DNA of 64,000 bases, taken from Trichoplax adhaerens (Eukaryota > Animalia > Placozoa). Positions 24,269 to 35,040 of the stretch are shown in pieces; within the stretch, counting starts at the first letter, position 1, and the number at the start of each line of letters is the position of its first letter. A program made the translations under genes and the position numbers. The stretch lies in contig NW_002060947.1 in NCBI RefSeq assembly GCF_000150275.1, positions 3,650,980-3,714,979 on the forward strand, read 5' to 3'. The notes under the pieces are model-generated. The model was not told the origin of the DNA. It made no database searches and saw nothing but the letters and a program-made list of their open reading frames with translations.

Positions 24269-27200
24269 ATGGCCTTATCACTTGGACTCATACCTGGCTT
24301 AGCTCTATTTTGGTGTATGCTATTTATATTCGATAATTTATTGAAGGTAGGAAATGCAATAACCAGTCCTTTACTCTCATACATCCATGGACTTCAACAG
24401 GATGACTCACTATTCTACTATTCGTCATCAGCTGACATTATCAATGCTCCGTTAGTCATCGCTCAAACATAACTGACTAGTATAACAATATTGCACATGC
24501 TTATCTTGGCCACTAAGCTCTTCTTCAACTTAGCAATCACTATTAGTGTCACAACTTATTGTACAAACATTAAACCTCTAGAGCTAAGCGAGATATTGCA
24601 AAAGCGTTGTGTATTCGTTGTCATTAATATTACTACTTACTTTCAATGACTACATAGTAGCTAGAACATTGTACAATAATTGATTAGTTTATTTATAGCA
24701 GCATTTCTTGAAGTAAAATTTAAACTCCACAAGGGCAAATTAATATCGTGATAATCGTTGCAATGTTGATTTCAAGTAAACCTTGATATACTTCTTGCGT
24801 AGTTTATCGTATTGTCATTGTGCATGCTACGTAAGAGTATGATAGACGTAGATCTTCCGATAACTAATCTAATGATTATATATATATATATTATATATTT
24901 ATTATTAGCATTCTCCTTGTACTGTAGTACTGTATCATGAATCATCGTACAGCTGTTGAAAATAACTCATACTAACGAATAAAATTGGGTGATTTTTCAA
25001 TTGGATATCAGTAGTATCGCAAGAGAAATTCGTACAGGTCAGGCAACAATAGCATGAACATTGGACATGTTCCAGTCCTCTTCAAAGCTATCCGCTGTAC
25101 CCGCATAACTGTCGCACAATATCGATCGTCGATTCAGATGATATAATAATTCTCTTACGTGCCAAATCTGATCAGCAAACGTTAATACTGTTGTAAAATA
25201 CCACATGACATTCTTAGCTTGAGGTCGAAGATAGTAATATCTATATTATGTACTTAGAATATTTACGTACATTTTACCTTGACTATTTCTATAAACGTAC
25301 AGTATTACTTGTCATCAATGGATAGTCAAATCTTAGCATTTATGCAACTGCTGCAGTGATTTCCCTCGACGTACTGCAGTATGCAGAAATATTAATATAG
25401 GTAGCGTGCATTAATTGATCCAGAAAAAGGAAACAACAATCGGTTTATCAAATTCGTTATTCTATACTAAACTGTATTATCTACTTATAATATTTACGGT
25501 GTACTCCATGGATGGCGTATGCGTAACTGTCTCTCATCAACATTTGGTTAAAATGAACCTTTTATCACCAATATGTGCTGTAGACTATTAGTATTTGAAA
25601 TACAGTTTGATAATTATATTTAATAATAATAATTCTCTCACTTCTAACTATTTATGCAGTGCGTATGCATTGATCATTCAATTAGGAAGATATAATATTT
25701 ATTACAGCATTTCTGTATATTACTGTACATACTTGTTTATATAGACTATTCACTTTACGATACAAAATAGTGCCAAAAAATCATACTTTCAAAGTGTTGT
25801 AACATAAAATCAAGTCAGCTTTAGTATCTGCAATCCAGAATAATAAGTATTGGTATTGTTGTACACGTCTAATTAAATTTCTTTTTGACTGTTTATTAAC
25901 TGAAAAATCAATTTACCGTTTAACGAATTTCTAAAAATGTTTCCTCTTCTACTGTATTTGAATAATATCAATTAAAAATAATAATAGATGGATTTATATT
26001 ATTACAATATACGAATATCTCTACAGTTACAAATATCCTATCACGCATATTATACCAACTTGTTAATAATTAATTTTTCTTATGTTTCATTCTATCAACA
26101 GAGAAGCAAATGGTCTGAATGTTATGACAACTTTTTAAGACGCTATGGTATCACTATCTCATTAGCTCAAATTCGGGTGACAACCACGCGATTAAATCGG
26201 ACATTTGTACAGATTGGCTGTTATTGTACATATTTATGGAAAATTTGGTTTACTACTGGATTATGTTGTGGTCTTGTCATAATGGCATCTTCCATTTTTA
26301 TTTTAACAATTACTGCTGTTCGGTCACTGCTACCAAAAAAGCATACTGAACTTCTTCTTACACCAGTGGTAGGTATCACACAGCCAATTTAACGCATTTT
26401 CTATAATCATATGATAATAGCATACATATAATAACACTTGCGGTATGAAGAAGGTCGAAAGATGTTTTATGTCAAGTTTTTGTCCTGTACAATTTTCAAA
26501 CTCTATAAATTTCGTGAAATTCTAATTTATTCTACCTCATATAGCAAGATTTTGCAACGTATGTTATTGAATACATTTACTTTTTAGTTGCCAGGGATCA
26601 ATATAGGATGGAGTCAGCTGGTCTATGTTATCCCTGCTATAGCTATAAGTGGAATATTTCACGAATTAGGTCATGCAATCGCCGCAATCAGGTAAACTTA
26701 TAAAAACCTCAAATAAGAACTGTAAGCACAATTTGCTAGTCTCTTCAAAGCTTAATCATGTAGATAGAATAATAAGTATCTATTGAAAAGATAGGTAGCA
26801 GCAGCTTTAATTACCAATGGAAGGACCGTTATTTACTATTTAGAAAGCATTACTATTTACAGAGTGTTGCGCTAAATGCGGTTTCGTCGCAAAATAGTGC
26901 AAACTCCGTAAAGTCAATCATTGTCTTATATTCCTTTGTCATTCCTAGGGAGAACGTTAAAGTCAATGGCTTTGGTCTCTTTGTGATGCTTATTTATCCT
27001 GGTGCTTACGTTGATTTGTCCTCAGATCACCTGTCGCAAATATCGCCGTATAGACAATTAAAGATCTATTGCGCTGGAGCTTGGCACAACATCGTATTGG
27101 CACTTTTATGTATAGTACTAGTGAAAAATCTTTCCATTGTCTTATGGCCCTTCTATGTAACCGGAGGTTCTATTGCAGTGTTAAATGTGTTTTCGGTTAG

Positions 27201-29425
27201 TGCATGCACTGATACTAATTAATAACTATCAGTTGAAATCAATAATGGATGCTATCATCATTCTCGTAATTTTTTATCTGACATATCTGTGAGCAAATTT
27301 GTAAGATATTCTTTGTCCTACCTTACGTAATTACTTTACCTATGATTAACATCATTTGCTGCGAAAAATTTCTTATTTGGGTACTAATTTTATACACTAT
27401 GGTTGTACAAATAGTAATAATTTAATTCATTTTTTTAGGGCTCTCCCTTGTACAATGTTCTTGAACGCGGAGATATAATTACCAATATTAATGAATGTCC
27501 CGTTCAAAGTATATCCTTATGGAGAAGTTGTTTAAGTGACATACAACAACAGCCATTAACTGGTTATTGTGTTGACATAAGAACTTTAGAAAAAAGATAT
27601 CATCATACTGTGAAAGGTGGTCATATTAATAGTATATAATTTCATGTACTATTTCGTTTAGGAGTCTTTAACAAACGAAGTTGCTGTTGTACAGTATATT
27701 TCTGCACTCTATAGAATTTGTTAATTCGTGCACAGTATGTTTACAGAAGTATTTTGCGTAATCACTGTTTAGTATCAAATTACTATGACTCAGGCGTAAT
27801 ACATGTACGGGTATCTTCGATCACTTCTATAGGGCTCAAATTATATAATTTGAGTAAGAATTAAAATGAATTTCCGTAGACATTCTATGGAGATATTAGA
27901 TATTTTCTAAGAAATATTGTAATCACACAAGGCCATGTATAAACTGCACTGTTTTACATAAATAAACAAAAAAATGTAGATAGTTATCGAAGTGATCACG
28001 AGAATCTTTTCATCTCATCAACTTCATCACATTACTTTGCTCTTCCACTATAAACATATCATCAAATAAATTTTATTATAGTTGATGTTAGTATATTTAC
28101 TGTGTATTTAAAGCTTATTCTATTCTGAACTTATAGGCTACGAATTACTCATACTTTATCTGTAAGATTAGCGACTATTATAGCCATGTTGAAACCCATC
28201 GTTATGCCCCATTAACCTCGCTTATATCCTAATTTTAGGTCCTATCTTCGATTGTTGCAATCGCACATCTAGCGATCTATGTTTTTCTTTTAAATCGATG
28301 CACATGCAAAAGGTTTGTTGAAGCCTAAAATTGAGTGCATTGCGTGAATGAAATTGAAGAAGTGATATATATTCCTTTATTTCTCTAGAGATCAAAGGTT
28401 TGCCTAAACGCTCGAAATACCAGTGCACGTTCTAGTTGTAACACCGATTTAGATTGCCTAACAAGTAAGGCGAGAGTATTCCTAATGTATTTATATGATT
28501 ATATTTTAATTATGTTCCTTGCAACGCATAACGTGTCTAAATAATATTTTGATTAAAATATATCGATCTAAATGCATGTATAACTACTTGTAGCTAATAA
28601 ATTTCGTCTTTAATATTTCCAATTGAAATTCTGCAACCCCAATTTGTAATCAACGATGTTGGTATTTTATTTGCTAATAAAGGTCAAAAAAGTACTTGCG
28701 TTATTCCGGTTCTACCAAAAGATTATCGATTGCTTAGAATAAAACGAAATAGAAAAAAGGACGTCTTATATATCGATATTCCAAAGAACCTTCTTCAAGC
28801 AGGTAAAATAAACCGGTGTCCGTAATTAAAATTACTCTCTGTAATGTAAAATACACTTATACAATTAAGACGAATCCGTTTTACCTCACATCCTTCGTTT
28901 TAATTCAAAGTTATTTTCGTACTAAAAATGAAATGCAATTTGAATCAGTTTTTTCAGTACGAGAATGATATTCTCATTACATAACTTTATAAACTTTATT
29001 ATTAATAGTTAGTATTACAAATTATCTTCCTCGACTTTCAAGTCTATCGGTTATGATTCCCGACAACGTGGAAAGGTTCTTATTGTATCCATCATAAACG
29101 TATTATATGAACGTTTTTTATTCTAGTTTCATTCTTCGGATTGCTTATAGTATGCCTTACTGTATATGAATCAACATTTTACTCTGTTGTCCTTAACATT
29201 TTTAATCATAGGTACATAATATCATTTTCAGCAGCGCTGGCTCTATTAAATTTGGTTCCAGCATATGCTTTAGACGGCCAATGGGTACTGATAGCCCTTA
29301 CCGACTACTTTACTACACCATCTAATAGGCGTACCGTAAACCGATTGCGATCCATTATACATATAATAGGAACTGGTTTACTTGTACTTAATGTAGCTAT
29401 AGCTCTACGACCACTTATAATTTAA
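24269..29425 (+). CDS. MBTPS2: Membrane-bound transcription factor site-2 protease (M50 metalloprotease), about 477 aa; exons 24269-24346, 26102-26368, 26588-26691, 26949-27195, 27439-27616, 28239-28312, 28389-28464, 28683-28802, 29009-29084, 29212-29425
   Basis: HELGH zinc motif (26660-26674), YPGAYVDL, CAGAWHN, PDZ-like/Cys-rich luminal region and NLVPAYALDGQW (LDG third zinc ligand). All intron phases are consistent and exons total 1434 nt. Confidence 0.93.
29085..29211 (+). other. U12-type (minor spliceosome) GT-AG intron, last intron of MBTPS2
   Basis: 5' splice site GTATCCAT (consensus RTATCCTT). Branch point TCCTTAAC at 29190-29197, about 15 nt from the AG. Splicing restores ERFLL-YIISFS. 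Confidence 0.85.
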
Positions 29426-29623
29426 TTATCTTGAATAAAACAGTTCCTGTATTTTAGTTCCGCGACATATATTTGATTTTTTTTTACTCGAAGGCAATAC
29501 ATGGGGAAATAATATTGAGTAAATAAAGCCGAATTATGAATACCCGAATAAACACATAAAATGCCTCAATAATTTTTTATAATTATTACGACTTTATTGG
29601 CTGAAATAAATGTAAAAAACATG

Positions 29624-32600
29624 CTATTTCGAATCAGAAGTCAGAAGGTGCACAGGCGTCGGAATAATTGTTGTTCCTCGTCGTATTTGACCCCATCCAA
29701 TCAATCTACAAAAATACTTTAGGTTAGATATTATTTCGCAGTGCGTAAAACTGAACACTCGTGTAATCCATACGATAGTGGAAATAATGACAAATTTTAA
29801 TCTGGTAACTAAATTTAAAACTACTTTTCTTGGTATAGCGATAAATACGATACCTCCAGTGTTTTTCTACTCTCCTACTTAGAGCAATTTTTTCTCCCGT
29901 TTCGGTACAGACTGGTTGTGTTAGTAATACCTTTGCTAAATCAGCTTTGACAGCAACTACTCTGCCTCCCGTTGAAAGCGATCCAATATTTACCATTAGG
30001 ACTTCATTTTTAGATAGTTTCTGAACCTAGAATTTTCAAATGAACAGAAATTTAGAACATCAAAACAACTTATAGTTTAAAGAAATGGCATTTGTAGGTC
30101 ATACAAGTTTCTTTTTACTTTATGACAGACATATAACTTAGGACTTAATTGAACACTAACTTGCGTAAATCTACATCACTTGGAATTATAAGCAACAGCA
30201 ATGATTACGAAATTTTTCATTATTAATATCTACAAATATTACTGCATTTTTTGTGACAGCTTTGTTCGAGTAAATCGGCCCGAGCAAAAATTCTATTCAA
30301 ACATTATCCATTACTATCAGTGTAATTACTATTACAATCTACCTATGTCATAAGTTTATAACATTACCAATTTGATATGGATACAACTAAGTTATAATAC
30401 TATTAACCAATAGCTATTTGCGCTTTGTTTCAATTTTAATATATATAAATAATAAGGTAATAGTTGCTTACTTTAGCCCCTTTCTTATCACCTTCGGTAC
30501 GAACTCCAAGGAGACGTTTTAATAAGAAAAAGCTGATCTCAATCTCAGTATAGATACTAGGCAAACCGTCAATACCTCCTAGTACCTGCACATCAAATAA
30601 TTTGTAGTTAGCCCACATATAAAATTTGTATCAACTTTTTATTGATCCTCACATTCACAGGTAGATTGTCACTTACCTGGCCAACCATTCTGTCACCTCG
30701 ACAAAGCGTTGGATCAATTTTTGTTCCAACACCTAAAAAGTGTAATTGGTACAATTATTAAGATTAATCAGAACTGTAAGCCCAATACAAGAATTCGTTC
30801 TACTATTGTTACCAATTAGGCCACCAGGGACGGCATATTGGAGATCATTTTTCTCAGCATACAGAGATACTATTTTAGATACAATAGGTGTACAAACTAT
30901 TTCTCCATCTTTATTTTTCGATACAATGCCAGGCCTAACTTCAATCTCTTGCCCAACCTATAAAAGTGATATTCATAGTGTGATATCGTATTTACTACCA
31001 TGTAATTGGGTTGCCAAGAACGTGCCAAGTCTCATTTATGATAAAACTTTGCATACCTTTAATACACCCTGAAGGATACTTCCACCAGCAACTCCACCTT
31101 TTAATTCATCAACCTCACTACCAGGTTTGTTAACATCGAAGGAACGAATGACTGATAAGATTATAGACAAAATAAACAGATCCGAATTAGATAAAAGAAT
31201 ATGGAATCATTTATAGCGATAAATGTTGAATTGATGAACTAAGCTTAATGTTAGTAAATCTTGTTTATGTACCAATTAAGCGAGGATCAGCTAGAAAATC
31301 CCTAACTGGTAATGGAATCTTTTTACAGATGTATTCACATACAACTTCAATGTTATACTTCAGTTGGGCTGATATTGGAATTACAGGGGCTGACTCAGCC
31401 ACGGTGCCTTAACATTTGTTTTATATAAATACAGTTGGACATGGTTAGAGGAAATCATTTATACTTAATACATTATTAATACAATTAATTATAATCGAAT
31501 TAACACTTGGAAGATGTTTTATTACCAACCGTGAACAAATTTCGTAATTTTTTCATATTGGTCTTTAGCTTGACCTTCTTTAATTAAATCGATCTTATTT
31601 TGCAAAATTATGATATGATTCAATTTCATAATTTCGATAGCGGCTAGATGCTCGGATGTCTGTGGTTGTGGACAAGATTCATTTCCAGCTAACAATCATA
31701 GAATGATGAGGCAATAAGATTAGAAAAAAGTGTATTGTAAAAAATATTTCCCTACTGTTTATACGCGTATACTAGATGTACCGATTAACAACAATGCAGC
31801 GTCCATAACTGCAGCTCCGTTTAACATAGTTGCCATAAGGATATCGTGGCCAGGACAATCTACGAATGATACGTGTCTGTAAAATTTATATAAGACGGGG
31901 ATATTAATAAGCATGCTTGACATGGAAATTGAAATAATGCTAAAGAAATAAGAATATATCAGTATACCTTTCCAATCGAAATTTTCCGCCACATCCTGGT
32001 CGTTCACAAGGGAATACGTCCTCCTTGACGCTTCCACATGAGCGATAACAGCCAGGACGGGGACACTCGCTATTGTCACACTTGTATATCTGTCAACAAG
32101 CACAGTGTAAATTAAATTTTCCTTTATGTACAGGTAGATTGGCAAATAGCTTTTTTAACTACAAACATTTAATCACCATGAATGGAAATTCTTAGTTGCA
32201 TAAATCACATAAATATAAACTTACTTTAGCGTTAGCATATCCTAACTTGATTGTAATGTTACGTTCTAATTCACTCTTGAATCGCACAGTCTAGACACAA
32301 TATTAAGATAGTATTTATTCAAAATGAAAAGTATTGTGTAGCAAAGTATTTCGTAAGAATCGATTCATTTGTGAAAACAACATCTATTTATGTTGAAGCA
32401 GCTATACGAGCGGCAATGATTACCGACTTTCTACAGTAACGTTTACGCAAGATAATTAGTCAGTAATATGTCTATATATTGGTATTTATCCTTTTACTGT
32501 TGGTAAGCAAATGTTTCAAGTTATTACTTTCCGTAACATAGCGATCCACACGCCTTTTACTCGGCTAACAAAAGTATTTACGATACAAACAATAAAGTAA

Positions 32601-34071
32601 GCGTATAGTATTACATGGAGAGATTTATTGTAGCCGGTTATCGCTAGTAATGAGTGTTATTGATTTTTTTGTATGTATTATCGAAAGTAGCGCATAAAGT
32701 ACCTACTTCACGATTATAAAAATCATAGGATGTTTCATTTGGATTAACTAGTCAATACATATTGCTGTACATTTATGTTTCCAGTAAAACCGCTTTACCT
32801 GCACACCAGAAATAGCTTTAACTAAAGTAGATTTCCCGTGAGCTACATGACCAATTGTACCTATAGAGAGTGAAAGTGATAAAATAAGTCATACAGTCAA
32901 TAGATACGCATGGTATGGTAAGCAGTACTCGTCTAACAGCATGACATAAAGAGAGAGTGGAATCGATGTTCTTAAAAGTCATGTATATCTACGGTACGTA
33001 GTAAAAATATCAACTGCTATATAAAATTGTAAAACGCAGTAGGATTACTTTACAATACTTGTAGGTAATGTATGTTGATAGCTGTAGACAGTTGTAATGA
33101 TCCAACAATGGTGATTCACTACCATACTGTCTAAGCATGACAATTTTTACGATATCATGGAGAGACTGTGTTTTTCAATTTACTGCATGGAATCGTTGTT
33201 GATATGAAGACTCATAAAGAGTACGGTCAAGCTATTTGAATGCCTTTCTTATTTATTTCAATTACCGATATTAATAGTCGCCTGCCTACTAATAACTTCA
33301 GGTGTTATCGCAGAAAGCTTGTTGATATCCTACAACAAGGAATAGAAAGACATGAGGAAAACAACCTAGTCAAATTATCTGTAATACATGCCAAGTATGA
33401 CGCAAGAAAAAAATGGAAAATGCAATGGAACATAGAATGCTGTAGGTAAATTGGAAAGCGCCACACTTGATGGGTATAAAATGAATTGCAGTTGATTTAT
33501 AAGTGGTGTAATACCAATTGAAAAAGACTGCCAAAACCGCAGCAGAAGTATCATTATGTGCCGTTGTCGATCAATCATGATCAAGTTATAAAAACTACTT
33601 TCATCAATCCATGATGACAACCAGATCAAAATGACTGCCTTTCCAAATAGGAGTACTGTCTATTTAATAGATGTATTTTCCATTAGGAGTAGCGTAGACT
33701 GCACTATGATGAACCTGTACAACGTTCAATCAAAAATCAATCTATTGCTACTACTACTACTACTGTACTACCACCACTTTTGCATTGGTTTGGCCAAGGG
33801 TAGCAAAGAACTAATTCAATCGTAACACTACTTGACTGAAGAAGAATGCCTTTCAAGATGAAAATATGCATGGCAGCCTTGTTGAATTAGTGAAGATGAA
33901 TCCATCGCGTTCTTCTTTCGATATATAAGAGGAATCAAGTAAAAAAGGGCCAAAAAGAAGGCCATTGCAACTTACTAGTGTACTCGCATCTTGGCTAGCC
34001 AGATGCGATTGTGTTAGGGTCGTTACAGAGCCTGTATTCGCCGCTTCAGTTGGACTGGCTGTTGTCGCCAT
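29624..34071 (-). CDS. EIF2S3: Eukaryotic translation initiation factor 2 subunit gamma, about 487 aa; exons (5'->3') 34071-33976, 33329-33266, 32860-32799, 32290-32225, 32089-31968, 31876-31782, 31688-31530, 31407-31273, 31151-31057, 30957-30813, 30732-30677, 30585-30472, 30026-29854, 29705-29624
   Basis: [20 protein letters not shown] (G1), [16 protein letters not shown], Cys-rich zinc ribbon, [17 protein letters not shown] (G3), NKID (G4) and C-terminal [16 protein letters not shown]. Phases are consistent and exons total 1464 nt. Confidence 0.96.
33748..33777. repeat. (CTA)n/(CCA)n short tandem repeat in EIF2S3 intron 1
   Basis: ctactactactactactgtactaccaccac. Confidence 0.7.
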
Positions 34072-34570
34072 TGCTGACTGAGACTCGAGCACGTATGGCG
34101 TGGTTGCTGGCACGGAGTAAAAATCACTCGCTCTGACTGCTTTTTTTTTACAGCCTAGCGCATGAATACAGCGATTGTGATGGGTATGAAGGTGTTGAAG
34201 AGAGCGATCACATGGAGTTATGTCATGATCCGGCGGTTTGCAACTTTGTACCATTTGTATAGCCTACCGAGGTGGTGGCAGTATAGGCATGCGCAAACTA
34301 CAAGACGTTTTGGTTCTGCTTGAAAGAGCAGGGGGAAAACTATTAAATTGTGCGAGTGCATTCTCCCTCCCTATACACTCTCGTGACAGTATTTGTTGTG
34401 ACGCATTTTTACTGCACTGTGCCTAGCGGCTGAGACACAGTACTGTACTCTACTCTACAGTCTACAGTACACCATCTACAGGAGTCGATGCGCCAAGTAC
34501 TGTAACCCTAGGCCCAAGATGCACCATGGACTACTTGTACAGACATGGACGCTTTCTCGCTAGCAAGGAG

Positions 34571-34910
34571 TCGCTTGTCCGCCTTACTCTCATTTTCAAC
34601 TTCCTATAAAGGGACGCCTATCGCTCCAAGATACTACTTTTTGGATGCCACTTTCCTAATTATACGTTTACTGCCATAAAACTCAAATATAGAGTTTCAT
34701 AAGGTAACGGCGCAACTCTGACGCATTAATCATCACCCATACCAACTCTTTCTCCTTCTTAAGCAGTCGCCGTCGCCTTTCCCTCATCTTAATTAAACTC
34801 CATATTAATAGGGACACCTATCGCTCCAAGATACTTTTTTTATCCAATTTTCGTAATCATACGTTTACTGCCACTATAAAATTCAAACATACAATTTCAT
34901 AAAGGAAACG
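34571..34910 (+). repeat. Degenerate direct repeat with about 200-bp period (core GGGACRCCTATCGCTCCAAGATACT...ATACGTTTACTGCCA...TTTCATAA)
   Basis: Copies at about 34611-34710 and 34811-34910, with weaker similarity about 40 bp further upstream in both. Confidence 0.85.
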
Positions 34911-34982
34911 TATGGATTATGTACAGTACAACGAGCGTCAGTTGTAGTGAACGAGGGGTCTACTAGGACAGCATTCTATATT

Positions 34983-35040
34983 TCAGGGGAATTTTGGATG
35001 GTTGGATTCCCCTGATTTTTTTTTCTTGGGGGGGGGGGGG
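34983..35040 (+). other. 10-bp hairpin followed by a T9 tract and a G13 run
   Basis: TCAGGGGAAT (34983-34992) pairs with ATTCCCCTGA (35006-35015), then TTTTTTTTT CTT and a poly-G run ending at 35040. Confidence 0.7.

Noticed and set aside
25039-25240. Minus-strand open stretch of about 66 codons in MBTPS2 intron 1 (possible nested exon)
   Set aside because: No recognisable homology, and I could not find a phase-compatible, stop-free upstream exon.
29706-29853. Last EIF2S3 intron starts GTATCG, resembling a U12 donor
   Set aside because: The +6 position breaks the GTATCC core and the branch region (TATCTAAC) fits U2.
32861-33975. Possible intronic snoRNAs in EIF2S3
   Set aside because: No convincing C/D box pair or H/ACA layout seen by eye on the sense strand.
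34571-34910. CRISPR-like or LTR interpretation of the direct repeats
   Set aside because: Only two degenerate copies in a eukaryotic context, with no TG...CA ends or internal coding region.
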